Shown here in pieces: positions 45,598 to 54,689 of a stretch of DNA of 62,837 bases (positions are counted from its first letter, which is position 1; every line of letters begins with the position of its first letter). Source of the stretch: an uncultured bacterium (GTDB lineage: Bacteria > Patescibacteriota > Patescibacteriia > UBA1558 > GWA2-36-10). Both the position numbers and the translations under genes were made by a program. The notes under the pieces are model-generated. The model searched no databases. It saw only the letters and a program-made list of their open reading frames with translations, and was not told the DNA's origin. The stretch covers positions 1 through 62,837 of the forward strand of contig CAINYB010000022.1 of assembly GCA_903855135.1 (NCBI GenBank), written 5' to 3'.

Positions 45598-46320
45598 TTA
45601 TTGCTCTAAAGCGAATTTAAATAAATCTTCAGCTGGTCGGTGTGGTAAGTGGCCGATATTATTTATATAGTTTATTTTGACATAGCCATTTTTGTCTATG
45701 ACAATTTTGGAAATAGAGGACTGATAAAGCTCAATAGATAAAAAGCCAATCACATCAGTATTTAAAATACTAGTCAGCATAGAGCGAATGACATTGCCAT
45801 GACAGAAAATCATGATATTTTTGCCTTTGTTTTGTTTCCAGATATCAGCTAAAATACGACGATAGCGTGCTTGCAGAACGTTAAGACGTTTATCCATTTC
45901 TTGATAGGCTTTGATTTTTTTGATGCGAGTTTTTTCTGACATGTTGAAGTATTTCATTTTATACCATTCAGTCCAGTCAACTTCATTAAATCTTTTATCA
46001 ATGATTGGTTCTAATTTTCTTTTTTTTAAAAATATTTCAGCTGTTTGTCGAGCACGAAGAAGTTCGCTAGTGTAGACTATTTGAATGTCTTTGAGAGAAA
46101 ACAATTTTTTATGTAGTAGTCTTCTTTGTTTTAAACCGATTTTATCAAGAGGCATATTGTGATCTCCGACTAAATGTTGCTGATCATAGTCTGGTTTGCA
46201 ATGTCTGATTAAATAAATTTGAGTATAAGGTCCGGAGCTTTCGGGGCGCGATCGGCCGTAAGCAGTAGCTTGCATCAACTTACCATAATCAATAATAGTG
46301 GTAGTTTTTTTCTTTAGCAT
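45598..46320 (-). CDS. histidine phosphatase (phosphoglycerate mutase-like) family protein
   Basis: 240 aa; YLIRHC and CHGNVIRS motifs. Confidence 0.7.
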   Translation of the reverse strand: MLKKKTTTIIDYGKLMQATAYGRSRPESSGPYTQIYLIRHCKPDYDQQHLVGDHNMPLDKIGLKQRRLLHKKLFSLKDIQIVYTSELLRARQTAEIFLKKRKLEPIIDKRFNEVDWTEWYKMKYFNMSEKTRIKKIKAYQEMDKRLNVLQARYRRILADIWKQNKGKNIMIFCHGNVIRSMLTSILNTDVIGFLSIELYQSSISKIVIDKNGYVKINYINNIGHLPHRPAEDLFKFALEQ

Positions 46321-46460
46321 TTTTATTTTCTTTATTTTTTAATAGCTTAATTTTAATTTTTTTTGGCCAAAAAAGCAAATGGGTATATTTTAGAAAATAT
46401 GCTATAATTTTTATGTAAAATTTTTTAGTTTTATACTTTAATTTATTAAATACAAAATAT

Positions 46461-46919
46461 ATGTTCAAAAGGATATTGGTTAGTTTATTTTTAATTAATT
46501 TAGTTTTTACTTTTAGTGCTTGCACTAAAAAAGGCTCTGAACAGCCTAATGGTACTAATGTTGTTAGCCCAGAAAAAATTGATGAAGTTAATGGCCAAGG
46601 AGCCATTTTTACAGAAGAAGAAAAGAAGATTTTAGATGAGCAAGAGTATCGCCAACAAGCAGAGGCTTATAATTGGATCAAGTCTTCAGAAGTGGCAAAA
46701 CACAATACTAAAAATGATTGTTGGATGATTGTTAACGATCGTGTGTATGATGTCACCAAGTATATTAATACTCATCCTGGTGGGCCAGCTATTTTAGCCG
46801 GTTGTGGTAAAAATGCTACAGAGATGTTTTTTAAACAATCGGATGGTACAGCTCATTCAGAAAAAGCACAAAGCATGTTGGAGAAATATTACATTGGTGA
46901 TAGAGATATGGAAGAATAA
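46461..46919 (+). CDS. lipoprotein with cytochrome b5-like heme-binding domain
   Basis: 152 aa; lipobox FTFSAC; CWMIVNDRVYDVTKYINTHPGG. Confidence 0.7.
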   Translation: MFKRILVSLFLINLVFTFSACTKKGSEQPNGTNVVSPEKIDEVNGQGAIFTEEEKKILDEQEYRQQAEAYNWIKSSEVAKHNTKNDCWMIVNDRVYDVTKYINTHPGGPAILAGCGKNATEMFFKQSDGTAHSEKAQSMLEKYYIGDRDMEE

Positions 46920-46956
46920 AAAAATATCAAAATATAAACCTTGAGCACTTGGTGTT

Positions 46957-46985
46957 TTGACAATTTATTTTTATTGAGTTAGATT
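46957..46985 (+). promoter_or_regulatory. sigma70-like promoter TTGACA-17-TAGATT
   Basis: Read directly upstream of ORF 47037. Confidence 0.5.
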
Positions 46986-47036
46986 GAAAGCAACAAAAAG
47001 CTCATTGACAGTCAAATCACAAGCAGCAGAGGAGAT

Positions 47037-47246
47037 ATGAAGATGTCGAAAGCCTTGCCTATTCCCATGCCACACATTATTCGCCACGTTGGTTACGAGT
47101 GTCCGTATTGTGAAGGTGAGCTCATTGCTCATCGTGGTGCTACAACATGGTATTTGCTTTGTAATAGTCACCCGTGTCCCAGTGCACATATGTTTTATTT
47201 GTCAGAAGAAGAGGAGAAGCTCATCTGTGAAAAAAATCTTGTTTGA
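47037..47246 (+). CDS. GC-enriched Cys/His-rich mini-protein (island 3)
   Basis: 69 aa (or 67 from ATG 47043); CPYC...C..HPC zinc-ribbon-like pattern; CAGCAGAGGAG SD context; terminator 47256-47286. Confidence 0.5.
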   Translation: MKMSKALPIPMPHIIRHVGYECPYCEGELIAHRGATTWYLLCNSHPCPSAHMFYLSEEEEKLICEKNLV

Positions 47247-47315
47247 TTCGTCTTTGCTCATCTCGCGTGCGGGGTGAGCTTTTTTCTTTGTCTAAATTTT
47301 GTTATACTAAAGCTA

Positions 47316-48029
47316 ATGAAAAAAATAAACACAAAAAATTTTGTTCATCATCAAGACTCTAAATTATCCTCTAATATTCGAGAGATAATTTTTGGAGCAG
47401 AAGACGGCATGGTATCAACTTTAGGTGCGATCACTGGTATTGCTGCTGGTACCGCAAGTAGCAAGATAGTTTTGTTATCTGGCTTAGTGATTATTGCGGT
47501 AGAAAGTATTTCTATGGGCATTGGCTCTTATTTGTCTAATAAATCAGTGATTGATTTAAGCAAAAGAAAACTATACGAAGAAAAATTAGAAATAGAGCAT
47601 TTTCCTAAAACAGAAAAGAAAGAATTATTAAATATTTATTTAAATAATGGTTGGCCTTTTAAAACCGCCAAATTGATGGTAGCCGCAGCTAGCAGAAATA
47701 AGAAATTAATGTTGCAAGAAATGGCTTATCGGGAATTATCTTTACCACCAAAAATTGAAGATAATTCTTTGACTGGTGGTTTATTTATGTTTGCTTTTTA
47801 TATCATTGGCGGGACCATCCCATTGTTAAGTTACGTTTTTTTATCTATTCCCCAAGCTATTTATTTTTCGGTTGTAACTACTTTATTTAGTTTGTTTATT
47901 TTAGGAGTTTTTAGTACCAATTTTACTAGATTAATTTGGTGGAAAGCTGGATTGCAAATGTTTATTTTAGCTTCAATTGCTGCAGCTGTGGGTTTTATTG
48001 TCGGAAAAATAGCAGAAAATATTTTTTAA
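47316..48029 (+). CDS. VIT1/CCC1 family iron/manganese transporter
   Basis: Start moved to ATG 47316; IFGAEDGMVSTLGAITG signature. Confidence 0.8.
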   Translation: MKKINTKNFVHHQDSKLSSNIREIIFGAEDGMVSTLGAITGIAAGTASSKIVLLSGLVIIAVESISMGIGSYLSNKSVIDLSKRKLYEEKLEIEHFPKTEKKELLNIYLNNGWPFKTAKLMVAAASRNKKLMLQEMAYRELSLPPKIEDNSLTGGLFMFAFYIIGGTIPLLSYVFLSIPQAIYFSVVTTLFSLFILGVFSTNFTRLIWWKAGLQMFILASIAAAVGFIVGKIAENIF

Positions 48030-48038
48030 ATTTAGATT

Positions 48039-48962
48039 ATGATAAAAAGTTATAAAAATTCAGTTCAACAAAAAAAATTACGTCAGACTACAGAGTTTTC
48101 TGATCACTCTTGGCTTTCAGTGATTGAACCAAGTAAAGAAGAAATAAACAAGTTAACCAAAAATTTGAATTTATCGGCAGACATTTTGGATGATAGTTTG
48201 GACAAATATGAAATGCCTCGTATCGAGATAGAGGGTGAAAATGTTTTAGTAATTTTGCGTACAATAGTTGAAGAAAAAGGCTCATACACTACTTATCCTT
48301 TGACGATAATTTTTCGTCCAAAATTATTAGTGACTATTAGTCCGGTGAAAAATATTTTATTTGAAGATTTTGTCAATCAGAAAGTAAATTTCTTTACTAC
48401 CCAGCATTCTAATTTATTAATCAATATTTGTCTACGTGTGATTTATTATTATCAGAAGTATATTGTCATTTTAAATCGCAAAGTGCAAAAAGAAAAGTCA
48501 CAAATTCATGGTATTGGTAAAAAAGATATTTATGAGTTAGTAGAAATTGAAGAAAGTTTAAATAAAGTCATCGCTGCTTTGACGCCGACTATCAGTACGA
48601 TTAAAAAACTATTACAATATAATTACATTCATCTTTATAAAGAAGACAAAGAATTAATCGACGATGTCTTAGTCGATGGTGAGCAGGTTTTAGAATTAGC
48701 TAATACGAATTTAAAAACAGTCAGAAATATTCGTGACGCTTATACGACCGTGATGTCGATTGAGCTAAATCAGACAATGAAACTTTTGACCTATATGACT
48801 GCTTTGTTCACTATCCCAATGTTGATTTCTAGCATGTATGGCATGAATATCAAGCTACCTTTAGCTGATTGGCCGCATGCTTTTTTGGCAGTTTCCGGCA
48901 TAGCATTATCTTTGGTGATAGTAGCTGTAGTCATTTTTATTTCTTTTAAGAGAAAGATTTAG
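48039..48962 (+). CDS. corA: CorA family magnesium/cobalt transporter
   Basis: 307 aa; YGMN signature before the last TM helix. Confidence 0.8.
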   Translation: MIKSYKNSVQQKKLRQTTEFSDHSWLSVIEPSKEEINKLTKNLNLSADILDDSLDKYEMPRIEIEGENVLVILRTIVEEKGSYTTYPLTIIFRPKLLVTISPVKNILFEDFVNQKVNFFTTQHSNLLINICLRVIYYYQKYIVILNRKVQKEKSQIHGIGKKDIYELVEIEESLNKVIAALTPTISTIKKLLQYNYIHLYKEDKELIDDVLVDGEQVLELANTNLKTVRNIRDAYTTVMSIELNQTMKLLTYMTALFTIPMLISSMYGMNIKLPLADWPHAFLAVSGIALSLVIVAVVIFISFKRKI

Positions 48963-49017
48963 ATTTTAATTAATTTAAGAAAAAAGTAAGCTCTTTTATA
49001 GGGGCTTATTTTAGCTA

Positions 49018-49046
49018 TTGACAAATTTTATGATTAGTTGTAGGTT
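49018..49046 (+). promoter_or_regulatory. sigma70-like promoter TTGACA-17-TAGGTT
   Basis: Read directly upstream of island 4. Confidence 0.5.
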
Positions 49047-49184
49047 ATTATATTATGATCTTTCACAATTTCACATAGATTCCAATGAGAGTATATCTCT
49101 ATTGGAGGAAACGAAAAGCAGGGATCATGCACGTGGTTGCTTTGATTGGCGCTGTGTGTCTCATAAAGGGAAAGGAGAAGCCCC

Positions 49185-49988
49185 ATGAAACGCTTGGATT
49201 CGTTGAAAGCCTGGCTTCAGGGCCCTGAGCCAGGCAGCCCAGGACCAGTAGGACATCTCAAGTCCGTGCTGATCATGGTGCTCTTGTGCATCGCTGCCGC
49301 CATTTTCAACGGTGGTTGTGGCAATCAGGGGCCGTTGGACAGCAACCAGCAGGAGAGCCTCAGTTCATTCGGTCAGTCCAACTTTGACGGAGGAATGTCC
49401 TCCGATCTGGCGCTCGGTTTGCCGACCGAGGTTTACCAGCACGACCAGATCTGCCGGGAGTTTCTGCCGGTGATGATCGCTTACCTGGAGAAGCCGGCCA
49501 GCACAAGAGAGGAGGTGTGGTCCGACTTGGCTGGTTTGTTCGAGGAACGTTATGGTGTGGGCACCTGGCCCAGCCAACTGCTCATCGAGCAACTCTCGGA
49601 GGATGGTTCATCGGTACATTTGCCGGGCGTGCCCAGCAATCTTCGGGACATCATTGGTCGCATCAATGGGCTAGAGCAGCCTTTCAATCAGGTGCTTTCC
49701 CGAGGTGAACCGATGGCGTTGCTCGAGAAGGAGATCAACAAGTACGTCAAGGTAAATCGAGGTCAAGACCTCGGTTATCTATATGTATTGTTGAGTTCCA
49801 TGTCCCTCTACCGCAACAACCCTGACTACGCCTGGTTCGTTGACGAGTTCAGCGAACCTGTGGCGATAACCGGGATACCCGACTGGGCTCTGTGCGACAC
49901 CGCCGGTGCAGCCATTGGTGGTGGTGCTGGTGCGGCAGCATGTACTCTCGGGTACTTCATCGGCCGTTGGTGGGACGAGCATTATTGA
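49185..49988 (+). CDS. high-GC ORFan, probable lipoprotein with Gly-zipper C-terminus (island 4)
   Basis: 267 aa; AAGGAG SD; hydrophobic segment ending FNGGC; C-terminus GAAIGGGAGAAACTLGYFIG. Confidence 0.55.
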   Translation: MKRLDSLKAWLQGPEPGSPGPVGHLKSVLIMVLLCIAAAIFNGGCGNQGPLDSNQQESLSSFGQSNFDGGMSSDLALGLPTEVYQHDQICREFLPVMIAYLEKPASTREEVWSDLAGLFEERYGVGTWPSQLLIEQLSEDGSSVHLPGVPSNLRDIIGRINGLEQPFNQVLSRGEPMALLEKEINKYVKVNRGQDLGYLYVLLSSMSLYRNNPDYAWFVDEFSEPVAITGIPDWALCDTAGAAIGGGAGAAACTLGYFIGRWWDEHY

Positions 49989-50048
49989 TATTGCTCGTTA
50001 GCTCAGGCAATACGTTCATTCACTGACACAGATTTTTAGGAGGATCTC

Positions 50049-50408
50049 ATGCGACGCAACACGATCGTCACCTGTCTGGCCAGCATTTTTTTGTTGGTCA
50101 ACCTGGCCATGGCCCAGACCACTGGTCTGTCCTTCGACACGAACAAGCCGACCATGACTTCGACGGAGGTCTTCAATCACGTCTACAACGACATGGTCAC
50201 CGAATACGGTCCGACCTTCAAGGACGACTTGAGGGCAGACTGCCTGATCGGAGCCGGGCCGATGCTCGATGAGATGTCGAATCGTCTCGATGCCTACAAC
50301 ATCGAGGGCATCATCCAGGCCGAGGGTCTCCGCGTGACCTGGGGGCAGGTTGGCAAATGCGCACGGGTGGCATGTGCACTCATCATCGGCATGATCGTCG
50401 GTTGTTGA
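50049..50408 (+). CDS. high-GC ORFan, secreted (island 4)
   Basis: 119 aa; AGGAGGA SD; signal peptide ..LVNLAMA|QT; hydrophobic C-terminus CALIIGMIVGC. Confidence 0.55.
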   Translation: MRRNTIVTCLASIFLLVNLAMAQTTGLSFDTNKPTMTSTEVFNHVYNDMVTEYGPTFKDDLRADCLIGAGPMLDEMSNRLDAYNIEGIIQAEGLRVTWGQVGKCARVACALIIGMIVGC

Positions 50409-50445
50409 ACCACAAGGTCTACAACGGCATGAACGCTGAATACAG

Positions 50446-50486
50446 GCCCCGGCTTCTCACGAGAGAAGTCGGGGCTCAATTTTTTA
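50446..50486 (+). terminator. intrinsic terminator GCCCCGGCTTCTC-ACGA-GAGAAGTCGGGGC + T-run
   Basis: Read directly after island 4. Confidence 0.75.
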
Positions 50487-50563
50487 TAAATTTAAAAACA
50501 GCCAAATAAATTTTATTAAACGCCCTACGGGCTGAAAGCATAAAATTTATTTGGCTGTTTTGA

Positions 50564-50860
50564 TTAAAGCAAATCCACCACTAAAACGCCTTCACCACCT
50601 TGGGCAAATTTTCCTAAAGATACTTTAGCTATACTAGGATCTTGACTCAAATATTTTTGTAAGAGTGGTTTAATGACAGCGCCATTTTTTGAATGCTTGC
50701 CTTGGCCGACAATAAAAGCTATTTTAGTATAATTATTTTTTTGTGCATCTTTGATAAAATCATCAGCTAAACTATAAATTTTTTGTGGACTTAAAATACC
50801 CAAATCATGAAAATCAAGTTCAGCTTGGATTTTATTTAAATTTTCGTATTTATTAGCCAT
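50564..50860 (-). CDS. Smr domain protein
   Basis: 98 aa; LDFHDLG...GQGKHS pattern of Smr/MutS2 C-terminal nucleases. Confidence 0.7.
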   Translation of the reverse strand: MANKYENLNKIQAELDFHDLGILSPQKIYSLADDFIKDAQKNNYTKIAFIVGQGKHSKNGAVIKPLLQKYLSQDPSIAKVSLGKFAQGGEGVLVVDLL

Positions 50861-51651
50861 TATAATTTTTGATAATAAAATTCTGCTGCTAAATCACTTT
50901 GGAAATGCAAAGCTTTTTTTATTTGTGCGACTTGTGCGCCATTTTGTTTTAAGTAATAGGCTAAAGTATGGCGTAAAACTTGAGGATTAAGGCGTAAAAC
51001 ATCAGACATCTGATGACTGTATTTTTCAATGATACGTTCAACTGATCTAACAGACAAAGCTTGGTTTTTATTTTTGCCAGCGTGGTCAAAATTGATAAAT
51101 AAATATGGTGATTCGTCTTTTCTTTTTTGTAAATATTTTAGTAAATAAAATTTAGTAGTATTATTTAATTTGGCTTCTTGTTTTTGGTAAGAAATTATAT
51201 TTTTATTTAAATTTAGATCTTTTTTTTCTAGAGAGACGATAGTTTTAGCTTTAAAACCACTGTAGTATAAAATTTCTAATAAAATTTTATCACGCAAGCT
51301 GAGCAAATCACTGGGGTGGGGGAGAAGATTGAGATATTCGCTTAATTGTTTTTTAGTGAGGACATGAATGTTTTGTTTTTCGATAGACAAGAGCGTGATT
51401 TGCTGTTTTTGTTTGCTAAATTTTAAGTAGTCGTTGATGACGCTCAAACGTAAATTAATAGTAGCGATTTTTTTGTATTTATGTAGCAAAAATTCACGAT
51501 ATTTTTCACAATTTTTTGGCGTTATTTTTTCTTTATCTAAATAAGCTAAAAAATGTTTCAAGTGCCAGAGATAAGTGACTTGACTACTTAAAGATATTTT
51601 TTTAGTGTGTAAATATTTTTGGTATTTTTTTATATTTTCTGCTTGTGTCAT
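50860..51651 (-). CDS. tyrosine recombinase (Xer/phage-integrase family)
   Basis: 263 aa; box II VLRHTLAYYL, ..LHF......EFYY catalytic Tyr region; first catalytic Arg position apparently Lys (SGFKAKT) by hand alignment. Confidence 0.75.
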   Translation of the reverse strand: MTQAENIKKYQKYLHTKKISLSSQVTYLWHLKHFLAYLDKEKITPKNCEKYREFLLHKYKKIATINLRLSVINDYLKFSKQKQQITLLSIEKQNIHVLTKKQLSEYLNLLPHPSDLLSLRDKILLEILYYSGFKAKTIVSLEKKDLNLNKNIISYQKQEAKLNNTTKFYLLKYLQKRKDESPYLFINFDHAGKNKNQALSVRSVERIIEKYSHQMSDVLRLNPQVLRHTLAYYLKQNGAQVAQIKKALHFQSDLAAEFYYQKL

Positions 51652-51758
51652 CTAATATATTTTAGCACATAAAATTCCTCCCCCCAAGGGGGAGGAATTT
51701 TAAGGGCAAGGTTTAGTTTAGAAAAAATATACTCCAAGGGGGAGGAGTTTGACTAGGG

Positions 51759-51787
51759 TTGACTTTTACTAGCAAAAATGCTAATAT
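51759..51787 (+). promoter_or_regulatory. sigma70-like promoter TTGACT-17-TAATAT for rpsO
   Basis: Read directly; followed by a structured about 120-nt leader (GTTTAAGC/GCTTAAAC long-range pairing around a hairpin). Confidence 0.55.
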
Positions 51788-51911
51788 GGCCTTACTTATT
51801 ATTAATTCCCCCAAGCTTGGTTTAAGCCTTATTTCGTCTAACTTGTCTTGCCGTAGCTTTAGCGAAGGCAGAAAATTAGCTTAAACTCGGTGGGTGGAGC
51901 AAAGGAAAATT

Positions 51912-52256
51912 ATGTTAGACAAGAAAAAGAAATTGAAGCTGGTAGAACAGTTTCGCACTCACAAAAGTGACACTGGTTCTTGTGAGGTGCAGGTCGCTAT
52001 TTTGACTGAAGAAATCAAAGAGTTGACCAAACATTTAAAGAGCCACAAAAAAGACGTTTCCTCTCGCCGTGGACTACTTGCTAAAGTCGCTTTAAGACAC
52101 AAGCTTTTACGCTACTTGGAGAGAGAGGATGAAAAACGCTTTTTGAAACTCGTCAAAGCTTTGAAATTAAAGATTGCTAAAAAGGAATTAAAGAATTTTG
52201 AAGATTACTTTGAAGCAGAGGCAGAAGAAAAAGAAGAGTTAGAAGACGAAAAATAA
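51912..52256 (+). CDS. rpsO: 30S ribosomal protein S15 with acidic C-terminal extension
   Basis: Start moved to ATG 51912; F..H..DTGS.EVQVA.LT..I..L..H...HKKD..SRRGL. Confidence 0.85.
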   Translation: MLDKKKKLKLVEQFRTHKSDTGSCEVQVAILTEEIKELTKHLKSHKKDVSSRRGLLAKVALRHKLLRYLEREDEKRFLKLVKALKLKIAKKELKNFEDYFEAEAEEKEELEDEK

Positions 52257-52448
52257 AATTATATCCGCCTCCGCCTTCCCTCGGGATCCGAGTCTCTCGG
52301 GATCGAGGATCGGCGGAGGCGGTTTAATTAAGATTATTAAGAGTTGTTTTTTGACCGACAGACGATAGGCTATTAGTAAAAACTGTTTTTACGACTAAGA
52401 GTCTAAGGCTTGTTGGTGCAAAAACGCTCAAAAAAGAAAGGACATTTT

Positions 52449-54680
52449 ATGTCAATCAAAAATTTTAGCCTTGAGTTGGCGGGCAGGACTTTGTCAGTGG
52501 AAATTGGCAAGCTAGCCAAACAGGCTCATGGCTCCTGTACTGTCACTTATGGTGAGACAGTAGTTTTAGCAACTGCTGTGAGCTCATCTGCTCCTCGCGA
52601 AGGTGTAGATTTTTTCCCTTTGATGGTAGATTATGAAGAGCGTTTATACGCAGCTGGTAAAATCAAAGGTTCACGTTTTATCAAGCGTGAAGGCCGAGCC
52701 ACTGATGACGCTATTTTGACCGCTCGTTTAATAGATCGCTCTATCAGGCCACTATTTAAAGAGTCAGATAGAAACGATGTGCAAGTCGTTGTCACGGTAT
52801 TATCTTATGATGGTATCAACAATCCAGAATTCCCTAGCGTTATCGCAGCTAGCATTGCTTTAGGTATTTCACCAATTGTTTGGGACGGACCACTAGCTGG
52901 TTTGAGTGTCGGTTGTATCAATGGTGAGTGGGTGATCAATCCGACAGTGGAAGCAAGTGCTAAAAGTGATTTAGAATTATTTGTGGCTGGCTCTGCCGAT
53001 GAAGTGATCATGATCGAAGCTGGCGCCCAACAAGTGACGGAAAAAGAGATGTATGAAGGCATTGTCTTTGCTGGTAAACATATCCGTAAGTTAGTTGAAT
53101 TTGTCAAAGATATTATCAAAGAAGTTGGGGTCAAAAAAAATGAATCTAAAGTAGAAGACCCAGAAATTTTAGCTTTAAAAGATAAAGTCAAAGCCAAGGT
53201 CCAAACTTTTTTGGATACTAAAGATTTAAGTATTTGTTTTAATCCTGATAAATCAAAGATGAAAGCCGCCATTGAGGCTATCAAAGAAGAATTAAATCAG
53301 ATCTTAAAAGCTGACAATGAAGTTTCCAAAGACATGCGTGCTTCTGGTGTGGCTTCAGTAGATATCGCTTTAGAAGAGGCTTTTAAAAAATTAGTTTTAG
53401 AAAAAAATCAGCGTCCAGATGGTAGAGCCTTTGATGAGATTAGATCATTGTCTGCGGAAGTAGCACTTTTGCCACGCACCCATGGCTCTGGTTTATTTTC
53501 TCGTGGTGAAACACAAGTTTTATCTATCGTCACTTTAGGCGCACCTGGCGATGAGCAAACTTTGGATAGCATGGAAGAAGCTGGTACCAAAAAATATATG
53601 CACCATTATAACTTCCCTGGCTTTTCTGTCGGCGAAGTAAAGCCTTTGCGTGGCCCAGGTAGACGTGAGATTGGTCACGGCGCGCTCGCTGAAAAAGCAC
53701 TTGTGCCAGTCTTGCCAGATAATGAAGATTTTCCTTATACCATTCGGGTGGTGTCTGAGGTATTAGGCTCAAATGGTTCATCTTCACAAGCTTCTATTTG
53801 TGGTTCTACTTTATCTTTGATGGATGCTGGTGTGCCGATCAAGGCTCCAGTAGCCGGTATTGCTATGGGTTTGGTGATAGATGATAATGACAAGAAAAAA
53901 TATAAAATTTTGACTGACATCCAAGGTATTGAAGATCATTCTGGACATATGGATTTCAAAATTGCCGGTACAGCTCAAGGTATCACCGCTATTCAGCTAG
54001 ACATCAAATCAACTGGTATCAGCTATGAGATAGTAGAGGAGACTTTGCTGGCTGCCAAAGTAGCGCGCGAGAAGATTTTAGCGATCATGGCTCAAGCGAT
54101 TGCTGAAGTTAGACCAGAGTTATCTGTTTATGCACCTCGTATCACTACTTTACGTATTGATCCAGAAAAAATTAGAGAAGTTATTGGCTCTGGTGGAAAA
54201 ATTATCAATGAAATTATTGACAAATGTAATGTCGCTATTGATATCGAACAAGATGGCTTGGTGATGATCACTTCTCATGATTCTGAAGGCGCTAAACGCG
54301 CTGAAGAGTGGATTCGTGGCATCGTCAAAGAGATTGAAGTGGGAGAAATTTACGAAGGCAAAGTTTTACAAATTATTACTGACCGCAATCGTGGTACGGA
54401 GCTAGGCGCTATCGTGGAACTCGCTCCTGGTAAAGATGGTATGGTACATATTTCTCAGATTTCTCATGAACGCCTTGCTAAAGTTTCAGATAAAATCAAG
54501 CTTGGTGATGTAGTCAAAGTAAAAGTCATGGAAGTAGACAAAGAAAAAAATCGTATTTCTTTATCGATGAAAGAGCTTTTAGAAAGACCAGCTTTTAGTT
54601 CAGAAGAAAAGTCAGATAGAGCACCAAGAAAACCATTTTTTGGTAAAACATCTCGAGTAGAATCGAGAGATAAAAAATAA
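52449..54680 (+). CDS. pnp: polynucleotide phosphorylase
   Basis: Start moved to ATG 52449; two RNase PH domains, KH (GSGGKII) and S1 domains. Confidence 0.9.
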   Translation: MSIKNFSLELAGRTLSVEIGKLAKQAHGSCTVTYGETVVLATAVSSSAPREGVDFFPLMVDYEERLYAAGKIKGSRFIKREGRATDDAILTARLIDRSIRPLFKESDRNDVQVVVTVLSYDGINNPEFPSVIAASIALGISPIVWDGPLAGLSVGCINGEWVINPTVEASAKSDLELFVAGSADEVIMIEAGAQQVTEKEMYEGIVFAGKHIRKLVEFVKDIIKEVGVKKNESKVEDPEILALKDKVKAKVQTFLDTKDLSICFNPDKSKMKAAIEAIKEELNQILKADNEVSKDMRASGVASVDIALEEAFKKLVLEKNQRPDGRAFDEIRSLSAEVALLPRTHGSGLFSRGETQVLSIVTLGAPGDEQTLDSMEEAGTKKYMHHYNFPGFSVGEVKPLRGPGRREIGHGALAEKALVPVLPDNEDFPYTIRVVSEVLGSNGSSSQASICGSTLSLMDAGVPIKAPVAGIAMGLVIDDNDKKKYKILTDIQGIEDHSGHMDFKIAGTAQGITAIQLDIKSTGISYEIVEETLLAAKVAREKILAIMAQAIAEVRPELSVYAPRITTLRIDPEKIREVIGSGGKIINEIIDKCNVAIDIEQDGLVMITSHDSEGAKRAEEWIRGIVKEIEVGEIYEGKVLQIITDRNRGTELGAIVELAPGKDGMVHISQISHERLAKVSDKIKLGDVVKVKVMEVDKEKNRISLSMKELLERPAFSSEEKSDRAPRKPFFGKTSRVESRDKK

Positions 54681-54689
54681 TTATTTAGC

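Noticed and set aside
49365-49982. Overlapping ORFs 49365-49592(-), 49517-49708(+) and 49779-49982(-), and likewise 60954-61328(-), 61114-61332 and 61333-61701
   Set aside because: They are the stop-poor alternative frames typical of high-GC sequence. The frames I kept have an SD, start context and terminator.
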